DNA of 58,068 nucleotides, filler included, from Sphacelaria rigidula (GCA_964200075.2; 8 parts of 8 records of this genome joined end to end with filler, not necessarily neighbours in it); one strand, 5' to 3'; counted from the first letter of the whole stretch, positions 10,481 through 23,650 are shown. The notes: generated by a model not told the origin, from the letters alone. Numbers and translations are program-made.

Positions 10481-12650
10481 TCACCACATTGTCATGAACG
10501 GGCGTTAGTGTCGACCGTTTTTTGTTTCTTGTTTGGGTGTGTTTTCGTGATGTTTTCGTCCCGCGCGCGTGCTGCTCTTTGCCTTGTGAACTCGTAGCCC
10601 GCCGCATGCATGCACTTGTTTGTCCATGCATTTATTATTGTGCCCGAGTATTCCTTCTCCCTCTATCCTTTGTTTTTATTTCTTTTTTGCCTTTAATGCG
10701 GTAGCAGTGGTTGCGTCCACGGTCATTTTTATCCCTATTTTGTGTCTTTTCGATTCATGTGTACGGCCTTCCCACCCGAAGTAATGCCATGCGGCAGGGG
10801 CTGGCCATTCTTTACGTGTCCTTGTTTTTTTTGAGCGGGACCGGGTACCCTAGATCCATCTTCCTTCACCTTGCGTTTTCCTTTTAATAACCTGTCTGTG
10901 GGTACGTCTATATTGTGACCACTGCTGGGTTCCAACCACATGGGGGGGGTCAGTTAGTGTGTACTCAATATGTATATGTATATGTATATATTAATCAATT
11001 GATGAGGAGAGATGAGTTGGAGAGAGACGGAGTAGCTCAACGGAGGATGTAGATAGGATGTGATGACGAGGATGGGATTGGAAGAGAGCGTGCGATACTG
11101 TATATTTCGGTCAGTACACATTTCTTCTGGTGGATTCTCTCTCGGATACGTCCGCCGTCACTGCCGCTTGGCCTCTTCACTCTTGGTTTTTGAGAGCGTT
11201 TTGTAGCGCTGCTGTTGCTTCTGCTTAGCCGCCTTGTCGCACATTCAATATATATTGTATAGCCGCCATTCCCCGATGGTCTAATCGGGGATGTGGCGTC
11301 GATTCCCTCCAGTTGCGTTCAACTTGGCTTTGGTTTCACCTCGCCACAAGTAGTACAATATCTTACTCCCGTCGTTGTAAACCTGAGGACGTGGGTAGCA
11401 AAAATAGTCTGTATCACAGCAGAGAGGTTGTTCGACAAGCGTCGACGAGGTGCGGGAGTGCGGATGGTCGTGATCCAATCGGAGATATCAAAATATGAGT
11501 GTCTCCAGCGGGGAAGCTGGATTGATCTCTTGACACCACGGACTCGTTTCGGGGAATGTGGGGGATTTCAAGTTTGACGAAGTAAAAGGCGCGGGTGGGT
11601 AGGTGGGTGGGTGGGGTACTCAGTTGTTGCTTACTTTAGGCGTTTGACCATTGACCACGCACCCCTTTCGAGACGGTGGGTGGGTGGGGGGGGACATTTT
11701 GTGTTCACGGCTGGTCACAGGGGTGTGTTTACTTGTCATGTTGTAAAACTTGGGCGGCAGGTCAGTCGCCTTGCCTTGTATTTCGTGTCCGTTCTCTGCT
11801 TGCCACTTCGCAGTATGTCGTCGGTTGATTACGACGTTTTTTGTTTTCTTGACGAGGAGAGCATAAAATCCGTCATCCCCTTCTCTTTAGTTCGCAGAAT
11901 TCGAATCCGCTCACTCACATCAGTGTTCCTACGATATCCAAATCGATCAAGAATGATGAAGAGAACTTGGGAGTGTCAACACTGGACTGAAGCAACACCT
12001 GTGACGCCGTTTTCTCATGGTCCTCTCGTCGGTGAAGTGCACTCGTTTCGTCACTCTTATCGCCAATACAACGTTGATCAAGAAGAACATTCGAGACTGC
12101 GTGACTCACTGCTCTTCCTCTGCTGCTGCTGAGAAGCACGAAATGGGCAATTTATTTGTTCAACCATGTGTCAGCCGGGAGCGATGTGCCCAAGGCTGTG
12201 TGTCCGGGCGACTCACCCAGTGGCTTCAGGAGACGTGAGCACACTAGTAAGGGCAAGTGATTTGCCAAGGAATGCTTACGTGTGGGCACAGGGGAACCTT
12301 GCGGAATTTTGGCTTCTTACTTTTGTCCCCTCTCTTTTGACTGCCTCGTGCAAACCCGCCCAAACTGCGGTACAATGCACACAAAGCCTTTGCATGGCGA
12401 ACATCCTGTGGAATGCGCATGTATTGAGGTGTGAACAATATGTTTCTGAGATCAGGAACGAATTTGGCTTTTGGATCGGAAGGTTTGTCTTGATTTACAT
12501 CAGGACGGCCGATTTGTTCGAAACGGACGTCACCCCCATGACAGTCCGTGATCTGATGGGGGAAATTGGCGAAATCAGATTTGCAATCGGTGACGTCTTC
12601 CATGAGATGTGACCGAAAATATGCACATTTTTCTTTTTTGTACATGCATA

Positions 12651-12970
12651 GCCGCCGCGCCCCGGTGGTGTAATGGTCCGAATTTCGCCATTAGGGTGGA
12701 GAGAACGGGGTTCGATTCCCGATACGTTGGGTTTTTCCTTCGTAATGTATAATTCCCACCGTGGAAAGCGTGAGAACGTGAGTAAAAAACAAAATAGTCG
12801 ACTGGATTTGTGTGACGTGAGTTGACGCGGTGCGGGAGTGCTGATCCAATCTGCGAGACCAAAATGTACGGCTCGTACCGGTGGAGAGATGGGTTGATCC
12901 CTTCAGACCACGGACTCATCCCGAGGAAGGGGTGGGGTTCAAAGTGTGGGGAAAAATAAATAAATAAATA
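12651..12970 (+). mobile_element. tRNA-derived SINE (a related, head-deleted copy lies at about 11262-11585)
   Basis: Pol III A box TGGTGTAATGG (12666-12676), B box GGTTCGATTCC (12709-12719), non-tRNA body and (TAAA)n tail. The body GGTGCGGGAGTG..GATCCAATC..ACCACGGACTC recurs at 11449-11545. Confidence 0.8.
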
Positions 12971-12979
12971 CCATATATG

Positions 12980-13336
12980 TAGTCATATGACCATTGACCT
13001 CGCATCCCTACAAAGTCGGGATGCAGCACGCCGGGTTTCCGTCGGACCAGGCTCACACTCAATCACCAAGCGCAAAGCACCGTGGTGTGTTCGGTGATTC
13101 GCATAAAGGGTGAGCTGTATCCTGCAAAGATAATTCGGCCCGAAGCCTACTGATCATCTTGCATTCGGATGACAAACTTTAATGAGTTGCTTTTTTTCTT
13201 TGGCATCGCCACTTCCAGGGACAACCATGGTTTATACACTGCCTCATGGATGTCTCACCACTTTGGGGGCGTACTAATTTCTTGCTTGCCTCAGTCGTTT
13301 GGCCATTGACCACGCATCCCTTTCGAGACGGAGCAC
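12980..13336 (+). repeat. Partial copy of the G-run-flanked repeat family plus its short form
   Basis: Matches 7380-7640 and the reverse complement of 36800-37080; the short form is at 13272-13336. Confidence 0.75.
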
Positions 13337-14279
13337 CGTCAGCCATTTTTCTGGGAAGCGGTTATCGTGCCATTAGTTGAGATTTGGAATTTGGTGCTGT
13401 GGGGTGCAGGTGGCATCCGGCGAATATCTTACCCTCCTTGCGCGTTTCAAGTCATTCTCCAACATGTGGCAGGATACCCGCCCCCCTCTCGCCCCGGGCT
13501 CTAGCTCATGGAGATGGAGTTGCCCGAGCGTGGTGGTGCCTTGTTGAAAGCTGCGCCGTTGGAAGGCGGGGAGACTGATCTAGTAGCCTCTTCCGCAGCG
13601 ATACAACAAGGACCGCTTGTCGTGAGTTGCAGGGGAATATTCCACTAACCAGAAACATGAAAATGGCCACTACCCCCTCTAGGCCAATTGTCCGACCCAG
13701 ACAATTCCTGCAAACAAGTGTGGATAATCTGGAAAGTTTTTTATGACGATCGGGGACCCGCCCCCCCTCTCAATGTGTATATATATGTACAACCCTGGAT
13801 TGTCAACTGGGTATATATACTGTTCCGAAAACGATGCCAGAGATCAAAAGGTTAGATTCTCCTAATGCAGTCTGATTCACGCCCCATTCTCATCCTTCAA
13901 ACTCCGCACTGTGCTGCCCTTCGACCCTCCATGTGTAGTTTCCCGTCGACTTCGGTTTGCCCCAACGTTGAAATTATCCTTCAGGGGTGATATCTAAAGC
14001 ACTAATATGCGGGCATTATTGGCCCATCGTCGCGAGCTGGTGCCACAAGGGAAGCGGAGGGCACATGGTAACAAGATAGAAATATACGCGAAAAAGACTT
14101 GCATCGTTCTGGCACGAGCCGATTCAGTTCATGGATTTTCAACTGTCGAGTGCACAAAAGTTGATATTTTCCCCTCCGAGCGGGGAGGAGAAGGGGGCGG
14201 GGGGGGCGGGGGGTGACCAGGCATGTCAAAATTTCCAGCTCACTGGTACCCATGCACACGTGGCCACTGGGGGGAGGCT

Positions 14280-14442
14280 CCAGGACCTTGCAGGCACCTT
14301 GCGCAACCTGGCCCGGCAAGGTAGGTTATCCACCTTTGGCAAGGTGGAGGTTGCGCAAGGTACGTTGCACAAGGTCCTGGAAGGTCGTGGAAGGTCTGGT
14401 AAGGTACGTTGCACAAGGTCCTGCAAGGTACATTGCACAAGG
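14280..14442. repeat. Degenerate minisatellite built on GCACAAGG/GCAAGG units, running off the contig end
   Basis: Repeated AAGGTACGTTGCACAAGGTCCTG-like units. Confidence 0.7.
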
Positions 14443-14542
14443 NNNNNNNNNNNNNNNNNNNNNNNNNNNNNNNNNNNNNNNNNNNNTTAATTAATTAANN
14501 NNNNNNNNNNNNNNNNNNNNNNNNNNNNNNNNNNNNNNNNNN

Positions 14543-16600
14543 GGGGAGCGGTTGATTCTCATTTCAAAATACGTTCTCATTTTTCTGGCAACCCTGTTAA
14601 GTGCCGTTGGAAATCAGACAGGAGCGTGGCAAGCGTGTCGTAGAAACAGAGGTCACACCTTGTGAAAGCTGGTTCGCCATCTCCCGCCAAGAGATCATAG
14701 AGTATTTTTGGGACAGGGTTGCTGTACACTCGTAACACGGATGAGTGCAATCCTCGGCCGCTTTCACGAGGGTTTTACGCACGCGCGGCCTTCCGCGTGG
14801 GCGTATACCATGTCTTCACCGCCGGTAGGATCGGATATGCGGTGGAACGGGGTGCTGATCCCGATCTCGCCGCCACACGCTATGCAGAGGAAGGGCAGCT
14901 GTTTTCTGGAGCCCTTTGGGACTGATTTTGTATCCTGCGAGATATTGATGTGGGTGTTGCAGGTGGAGCACCTGTCAATGCCGAACGAGTTGGGAGGAGG
15001 ACGAAGCGACAGTTGCGGAAAGTTCAGCGAGAAAATAGTACGGAAGGAAAGATAGTTGTACTGTGAGCGAATACGCGACGAACGGGTGTTGAAAGCAACG
15101 ATGTCAAGTAAGTTGAAGAGGGAGGAAGTGGGATAAGAAGTTGCCTTCGGTTATCAGGATACTTCTCGATGAGCCTGCACTGAGTAAACCATGGCCTCCA
15201 CGTAAGTGTGGCATTCTGTACAAGCACGTCTAGTATGTGGGAGTGTATTATCACAGAGAAGGTGGGAGGTCCCCCCCTAGTGTCCCGTTCCTAACGTGTG
15301 TCGAATCGTGGGCTTGCAATGGTTGGTGCCAACTCCGGTGGGAAAGTACACCGAAAGCATCGAAGAAATAGGCTGGGGAGGGAGCCAGTTAAAATTCTAT
15401 ATCTTCATTGCTATTACTGGAGTTGAACTGGAAATGGGTACGAGAGCGCCAGTTGTCCAGTTCATGTGGAGGTGTTGCGCCGCTTGTCTATACCGAGTAA
15501 TTTTCATAGTAGTTCAATGATGGGACGTTTATAAGAAAGAAATAATGTGCACGATTAGACTGTATGGTTGAAGTCAGCAGTCTACAGCAGTTCAGGTCCC
15601 AAAAACGTCGGTGGTACCCGGTTGTTCTGCAGTTTGTTTTATCGCCGACATCGGGTCGGTCGACGGCTGGTCAGTCGAATGAGATAAACGAAGAAATAAA
15701 GAGGCGGGTCTCAGTTATAGTGGGACGCTTGGTGCTGAAGTGCCGGAATCCATACCCTAATTCACAATTGCATGAAGATCGATGTGAACATGAAGCAGGA
15801 GATACTCATAATACGTCGAAGTAATGTAGCAGGTATGTACCTCATCCGAAAAAATCAATTCGGTTACGAGCGATCACAAAACACACAAGTGTTCCATCGA
15901 ATAAGCTGGGGTGAGAACCTGTTTACTTCAATTGCCCAAGGAACTGCCAGGGTGTGGCATGTTTGTTCCGATCCCCAGGTCCCCAAGAAGAGGGTCTGCT
16001 GCTGGATGGTGTGGAAAAATGATGTTCGAATCGATGCTACATACCGAAGACATGTTAGAGCCGTACGAGGCTCGTATCAGCTCGCAGGGAGTGATTACAT
16101 TATTCACAACCAATTACGGTCAAGGCAGGAAAAAATGGTCAAACACGAGAAAAGTTTCTGACTTGGGCGACGCTCCTAAGCGGGACCCTCTACCAGCCGG
16201 GAGGGGCGATTAGCTGGGAAACGTGGATGGAGTGGCAACTGGCGTGGCGAGTGTTGACGGAACTGAACAGAGCTGATTGTTCACAGCCCCGAGAATAAAT
16301 TTGATTTTTTGTAGCGTTAAGGTGCATTGGGTAGGGTACGAGAGGTTTCGTGGATCATACAGAAATAGGGAGTACCGATAAACAATCGCTCGGAGGCCAC
16401 GGAACTTGTCGGGTAGGGATAGGAGGCTTACAGAGAATCCACTGGTGGTCTTGTGATAAAAAAGGGTTGCAGAATAAATAGAACACGCACCCGGATATTT
16501 GTACAAGGGTCTAGGGTCAAATCGTGTGTACAAAAAGAACAGAACTATCTTGGAAGGGTATGGTGGATCACAACCGTCACGCAAGTGTCGTGGACAGGTA
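14543..16600 (-). pseudogene. Possible heavily decayed Ty3/Gypsy pol remnant
   Basis: Minus-strand fragments in gypsy order: SGFSVSLLSLPDKFRGLRAIVYR (RT start-like), IARNRIDFFG (RT end-like), RKTLVKAAEDCTHPCYECTATLSQKY (integrase zinc-binding-like). No intact catalytic motif is visible. Confidence 0.35.
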
Positions 16601-18595
16601 GGACAGCCTTCGACAAGTCCCAGAACTGTCGAGGGATTAGGAAAGCGTTACTGAAGTCAAAGATCTGTCGAGTAGGGGTGTGCAAGTGACACTGAAGTCA
16701 TAGAGCTATCAAGTTGGGCAACGAAAGCCTTACAGATTTCACTGGAAAAATCGGGCAGGCCAAACACAGTCCAAGAGAAGCTACAGAACTGTCGGCTACG
16801 GGGATGAAAGTTTTCCAGAAGTCACCGAACTGTCGTATAGAGATAATATCTGTGAAGATACCCCGTGTATGCAACAAACCGGCCCCCATACGAGATAGGG
16901 TTGAACACCATAGACCGATACCCTGCAAATTGATACCGATGGCGGCGTAGATGAAGCCCCCCCAGTCGGTCCGATACCTGTTGATTATCATGTTTCGCTT
17001 TCCCTTTCAACTCGTACCCTGTAACCCATCTGTTCCCCGAACAGGAAAAAATATCTTGAAGGGTGTACGCAGTTGAATACCAAGGGGTGTTAGATGGATG
17101 GAGGTTGGGGAACAAGTGCGAGTTTTCAGAACAAAGGTAGGGATTGAGTTTGAAACTTCAACCCTCCCGGGTAATACCCCCACTCTGCCTACACCGCGTA
17201 TACGCATAAGGGTATATATGCTGAATCCGGGCCGGGACTACGGGAGGCTTGCAGACCTTGCAGAGTCGTCGAGCAGGGGTATGAGGCAGTTTCAGATAAA
17301 ACAATCTGGCGAGTAAAGTCAAGACAGGTCTTACACAGCCTCTGCGTACCGGTTTGATATTTTTACACGGTTTAAAGGACTGGACAAAGACAGCAGGAGC
17401 CAATCGCCTCGGCGAAGACGCGATTTTCTTGTTTTGCCATATCATGACGACAAGGTGTACGTTAGTTTGAATCATACGTCGTACGACAAAACACACAGCT
17501 TGTTGACAGCACTGATGGCAGCACGCTGGAATTTGTGTTTCAGTGTGGAGCGATGGCACGATGAGCTGCGTCTTGCCGTTGATGGCTGCTCAGCCGTTCT
17601 TGATGGGTCCCTCGGCAGGTGTTTCGAGTGCATATCGGAAATTCGATGCGGTTGGCGAGAGTCCCTGGCAAAATCGATTTGCTGCAGCTCATAGACGGGA
17701 GGCACTCCATTGGCTTCGTGCAAGAGAATTTGTTATGATCCGCTGCCATCGAGGGTGAGATCACGGAACATAATCCAGGGTCCCACCACGTTTTGCGACT
17801 TTTCTCGGCACGAAAAGACGGGATATCACCAGTCATATCACACGCGATGACTTGCGCTTTCAAAAACAACGACGGAAACTGTGGCGAAATTGTTGAACAG
17901 AAAAGTGATTTCAAGATATCCACGACTCCCAAGTCCACATGACGAATGGTGGCATCAACTGCATTTGCGAATGAATTCGGGCACAACCTGGCTAAATCGT
18001 ATCTTTTACTCGAACCGCACGACTCACACTACCTTGGAGACATCTTGTACGATGCATTTTTCAACAAATACGACCTGTGGGCCAGCGCGCAACATTTGTA
18101 AACATTATTCTGCCATTCCATTCAGGCAACGGGTGGCGGGAATGTTCCAACATGCTACACATGTAAACCTTTCGTCTCATTATCGGAACCGGCGCAGCGA
18201 GGCATGTTAAAAATAAAACCTAACTCTCAATCATAATTTCAACGCTCGATTTCACGGAAACATTGGTAGGTTTGCCGGCAGAATTTTGCACCAATGTGCG
18301 AGGTAAGCGTTTGGTCCATCAATGATGCAGACACACCCGGCCGCTGAAAGCCATGAAGAGCCTGCTCTCAATCGTATCGTAGATTCTCAATCTCGCGAAA
18401 ACAATGTTAAACGTATCTTGCGTAGCGAGAGAAGAGCAGTTCTAAATCTCAAATGTTGCGTCTTCGAACTCGATCCACCCACGGGGATGTCGTTGTCGAC
18501 CAGGGGTGTGATGGACTCACAGCACATACAAAACGGTCGGGTGCAGGTAAAAACGTTTCACAGGGGTGACAGAATTGAGGAAACACACAGCAGTA

Positions 18596-18848
18596 GCCGG
18601 TCGCCGTGGTGGCTCAGATGGTAATCTCGAAACCTTCTGACGGTTAGGACGTGGGTTCAAATCTCGGGAAGATCTGGGATTTTCTCTCACACTATGCCCA
18701 ACAGTGGAGAGCGACTATGTCGTGAATACACACAGTTCGACTTCACGGTCGACGAGGGAAGGGACCGCTGTTCCCTTATCTCGGTAAATAGAAAGGCAAG
18801 CACCGCAGCAGGAAGGTGGGGTGCTCAAAACAGCGAAAAAGAAAAAAC
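18596..18848 (+). mobile_element. tRNA(Gln-CTG)-like SINE
   Basis: A box TGGCTCAGATGG, anticodon arm AACC-TTCTGAC-GGTT, B box GGTTCAAATC. The acceptor stem does not close. A-rich 3' end. The head is near-identical to 43454-43526. Confidence 0.7.
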
Positions 18849-18854
18849 TCCTGT

Positions 18855-20157
18855 GCTAAGGCTACTTCTTATGTATCGAAAAAAACTCTATCAGAAAACG
18901 CGTTTTCTGATAAATGACCAAAAACCCACTTATTATGTGATCAGAAAACGCGGTTTCTGATATAAGCTTTTCAGATAACATTTTCGATAGCCCAAAGGTA
19001 TCAGAAAATCACGATTTTCTGATGACCTTGAGCTATCGAAAATTTCTGACCTTGAGCGATGGAAGAACGTTATTGAAAAAGCGTTTGAACTCGTTTGAAG
19101 ACGTTTGAACACACATTACAGCCTGCTACAGCACCTGTGATAGCTTGGCTGACATAACTACTAATGCGGTCGCCGGTGCTCGCGGGCATTCAGCGTGTTG
19201 CATCATTGTCCTTCGCTCGCCAGTAGCGTGGTGGCACTTTACCCCACGAGAACAGCAGAGGGCAGGGTCGTCAACGGCAACTGCTGCACAAAAAGGATAG
19301 TCTATGCTGTATGTTGCCCTTACAAAATATAGTAGCTCAGTTGATGTCTGTGCAAGCGTGTTGCGAAGAGCCGTCGCAATGCTTTACAGACTGCCCACGC
19401 ACCCAAGCCTTGTAGAGACAGGACCAGACTGACAGTACACACAAGACTATGAGATAGGTAGTGCTACTACTGTAGTACATCCAACGCATACAACACAACA
19501 GTGGTGTCTGTACTGATGTCTGTGGTGCCCGTGCAACCGAGTACTACAGTGCAGCGAAGTTGAAGCTCAGTTGAGGTCTGTGCATGCAGCTTGTTGCGAA
19601 CAGACGTCGCTTTGCAGTACAGACTGCCTACGCACCCAAGCCTTGTAGATACAGGACCATACGGACAGTACACACAGGACTATGAACAGTGCTACTGTTG
19701 TAGTACTACAGCCGATGCATGCAATGCAGCTCTGTTGTGTGTACTGTTGTCTGTACTGTCATTTCAGTCAAGTACAACAGAACCGTGCGGTAAAAAAGCA
19801 CAACCGTCACTTCTACAGTCAGTTGGTACAGCAAGGCCGTACTCGTATTCTTATTGATGGTCTTGCGTCACGCGGCCCACCATGTATTGCTCAGGCAATG
19901 TATCACAGAAGTACAGCCAGACAGTACGGACCGTACTCCACGACAGGACAGCAGAGTGCTGCGTCTCTCTCGCGCGCCCCAGACGTTGAAATTATGTCTG
20001 CACACATCATAGAAAACGATGAGCACTGCTTTTTCAATGTTGATAGTGCATCGAACACGTAAGAAGGGCTAGTTTGAAAATTTCTATTGGAAAACGTGGT
20101 GTTGAAAAAGGGCTTTTCTGATAACGTGTTTTCCGATACATGAGAAGTAGCATTAGC
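18855..20157. mobile_element. Non-autonomous TIR element (~1.3 kb, Harbinger-like ends)
   Basis: Left GCTAAGGCTACTTCTTATGTATCGAAAAAAACTCTATCAGAAAA against right (reverse complement) GCTAATGCTACTTCTCATGTATCGGAAAACACGTTATCAGAAAA. ATCAGAAAA subterminal repeats. Internal direct duplication at 19334-19450 / 19564-19690. Confidence 0.7.
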
Positions 20158-21299
20158 CTTCCTCTGTGCGAAAGAAGTATTTTCAGGGCCTGTCTTAGGC
20201 CAACTCTTACGGGACACACGTGGACAGATAGCACCCTGTGGGGCGCACTGTGCAGGGTCCGTACAGGGTCCTCCACAGTCTTTTCGAAAAGACCCTGACA
20301 GTGAAATGCAAAATCTGTACCCGTGGCAGCGTTTTGATAGGGTTTTCCCCAGGGTTGGATTTGCAGCGCTGTGTAGGCACGTCGGCAAAGCCCTGCACAG
20401 TCATGTGGTGGTGTTTTGGTGAAAAAACCTCAAGTGTTATTTTTCGAAAATTCCAAATATTTTGTTACAAAATCTGTAAATTTATATACATCTTCAATAC
20501 CTTGTCCTCCTGTCCGAGGTAAATTCCTCTTCACCCGATTTGAGTCGAGCGAAAACGAGTTTATTCCGGACAGCAGGTCAAGCTAGATCCAAAACAGATC
20601 CTTTTCTCGCCCGATTAATTTTGGCAAAGAAAAGGATTTATTTTGAACAGCAGAAGAAGCTGTTCAAGATCGATCCTTTTTTCGCCCATGTTTGAGATGA
20701 GCGAAAAATAATCTATTTCGAACTGCTCCTTTTGCTGCGCAAATCCCATGCACACTGGCAGATTCAGGATTTGACCGGCAGAAGAAGCTCGAAATGAATA
20801 TTTACTTTTCCCTCCAATTCATCCTGAGATTTGGGAAAAACAAATTCATGGCGAGCAGCGTCCGCTGCTGGGCAAATCCCGCATATTGCATCGTCACCAG
20901 TCCATGGGATCCGACACGCAGAAAAAGTTGCTGAAAGGTATTCATCCTTTTACCCCCGAGTCCACGTGTACATGGGCTGAAGGATGAATAGCTCTCTACC
21001 GCTTTCGCTGAATAGAGATCCAACACGTTGGATACGTGTGTATGTCCACACCTGTGCTTCGTGTGAAGCCCCTGGGAAGGTGGGAATATGCCGTACGATC
21101 GGATATACCTCGTGAAAATATTTACATTTCCCCAAAACCCCGTTTTCCGTTGTCTACCAACACGAACCATGTTTAGAAAATATCACTCATAATAAATCGT
21201 ATATGAATAGTATATATCTGGACCATCACTTCGTGTATTTATCACAGCACACAAATTGAACATTACCAAAAGCACCCGCCCGCACAACGGTGCTATTAT

Positions 21300-21713
21300 T
21301 CTACCCAGCTATACGAACACAACCCCGCAGCAAGGAGCACGGGTTGGGCACAGGGATATAGACACATACACGCACTGCCGTGCGGCGCGGGTGGATATGA
21401 TGTATTTCTCGTCGGTGGAAACTTGAGCACCTACTTCTTTCATGGTCGCGACATCGCGCGGCGACGACATACGCGGGGTGCGTATATATATATATATATA
21501 TATATACAGCAGGTACGGGTGCGAAGAACAACGATCAACCAGCCGCCTATGGCATGCATATACACATACTCACCATCATATCCATACTGCGGATCGCGGA
21601 CGCACCGCGATATAACATATACTGTAGTGCAGCATACACAGGCCGCGCGTATACGATATGCTGCACGTTGTTCAAGTCCTTTTCACGTCGCACTGTAGGT
21701 AGAGAACATACTT
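21300..21713 (+). repeat. Dispersed repeat shared with 25300-25530
   Basis: Common motifs GTTGGGCACAGGGATATAGA, AACTTGAGCA, TTCACGTCGCACTGTAG. Confidence 0.65.
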
Positions 21714-22063
21714 NNNNNNNNNNNNNNNNNNNNNNNNNNNNNNNNNNNNNNNNNNNNTTAATTAATTAANNNNNNNNNNNNNNNNNNNNNNNNNNNNNNN
21801 NNNNNNNNNNNNNGTTCCGATATCTACGTAGTACTCTGTACTGGGCATCTCATGCGTACGCCTTTCGCGGTCATAGGCCAAAGACACCAAGCTAGGGTAA
21901 AAGAAAATTAAAAAATCAAATCGGATTCAGAAATAATTCACACAGACGTGATACAAGAGAAAAAACAAAAACGAAAAACTAGAAAAGAAAAAAAAGGTTG
22001 AAAAAAGAGGGAGGAGAAAGGACTACAGGCTGGTTCAGGCATATCACCCAGAAAGCACCCATC

Positions 22064-22354
22064 GGCAAAACCTCACGCCATTTCAAGGAGTTAGACCCTG
22101 AAATTTTGCACAGATATTCTATGGGTTATCACACATCTATCGGATGTCGAGTTTTTTCGACTTTTCGATTTTTTGACCGTTTTTCGGGGGTCCCAATTCT
22201 TCCCGGGAAACACCGATCCAATCGCACCCCCGTAATACGGTAAAGAAGACAAACGTTAAAAAACCTCGTTCTTCCAAAGTTGCTTCATGACCCGTAGCAC
22301 AGCTGTGCAAAATTTGAGGGTCCAACTCCTTAAAACAGCGTGAGGTATTTCGCC
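22064..22354. repeat. Inverted repeat pair with GAGTT(A/G)GACCCT(G/C)AAATTT motif
   Basis: 22064-22130 is the imperfect reverse complement of 22285-22354; the same motif occurs at 26840, 27035-27053 and about 38738. Confidence 0.65.
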
Positions 22355-23160
22355 TTTGTGCGATGAACTTTGACGTGCCGCGGTGAAACCGCAAACTACT
22401 TGATTCTAGTACGAAAACGGCGTTTTTGGGATTTCTTTGACGTGAACAGGAAAATTCAAGCATCAGTTGATCGATTTTTGCGACAAAAGTTCGTGGGACC
22501 CTTACGAGGGTTGTGCGGGGACAGCTCGCTCATAAAATATCGTTTTGTCAGTTTTCCCGGGTCCCAGAACGGAGACTAATTCGAAAAACGACCTGGACCC
22601 CCGTCGGAGCCCCGATAAACGGTAAAAAACTCAGGAAATATAAAGCATGATCCATAAAAAGTTGCGTAGTGATACATGGCATGTTTTAGCAAAGTTTCAG
22701 GATGTAACTCTCAATAACGGCGTGAAGGTTTGCGCGTTTGTGGAGGACGTGGGCTTGAAACGTGCAATTCCTAACTACTTGGTTTTAGTATTGAAACGTA
22801 TTTTGAGGTGAACTTCACGTCAAGGCAAGAATAACTGCATGAGGTTTTCGAGTTTCTGCACCAAACTCTGTACATGTGTTCCTTGGACGATCCCAGGGCC
22901 CATAATTTCATATTTTCTTCTAGGACATTCTGTACCGTCTTCCGGGGTTCTTCATACTAGGACCCTCGGAAGCCGGTAGAAAACGGAGAAACAATGAAAT
23001 ATTGTCAAGAGCACCGTTTTTCTATTTGGAGCATCACTACCTACGGAACTGCCAAGTTTGAGGGCGATCTGAGCTTTTCTACAACATATATAGGGGGACA
23101 CAGTCACGAGGTTCCCTGGGTCTTTCGTGCGAATCATTAGTGGAAATTAGACGACGCCAA

Positions 23161-23650
23161 CACCCGACATCACCGGAACATAACGGTTTCGGGTAACGCT
23201 TTGTTCGTGAGATTCAGAGTGTAACATCGGATTCAGAGTGGGAACCGGAACAACGGACCTTCCCGTCGATTGACATCGCCACAGTTCAGGGAGTCATGCG
23301 TCCAGCTGGTGAATTGGTGGCTTCAATGAAAGCTGTTCCTACATGATCAATTTGACACATCACTTGATCGCAACGACGTAGTCAGTCCATTGCAACAAAA
23401 GATCCCCTCTTTGAGGAAAAACCGATTAGTGCCTCAGACAGTCTCAGGCCGGAATGCCTCTTCCAGGCGTAAAAATGCTTTGTGCGGCATCTCACCAACC
23501 AGACCGCCGAATTCCTCGAATGAGGTACTGTACGGTAGCTGCATGCACAGAACGTGTGCTCAAGCAAAAAAAAAATCCTGTTAGGATTGTTTGAACATCC
23601 ACTCTGAATCCGACATTACGCTCTGAATCTCACGAATATGTTGTTGGGTG
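23161..23650. mobile_element. MITE-like element with ~40-bp inverted repeats
   Basis: 23202-23241 TGTTCGTGAGATTCAGAGTGTAACATCGGATTCAGAGTGG against the reverse complement of 23599-23638. Outer ends CACCCGACA / TGTTGGGTG. Confidence 0.7.

Noticed and set aside
12651-12725. Functional tRNA genes here and at 18596, 39002, 43454
   Set aside because: A and B boxes are present but the acceptor stems do not close, and SINE bodies follow where the sequence continues; the 43454 copy is cut by the contig end.
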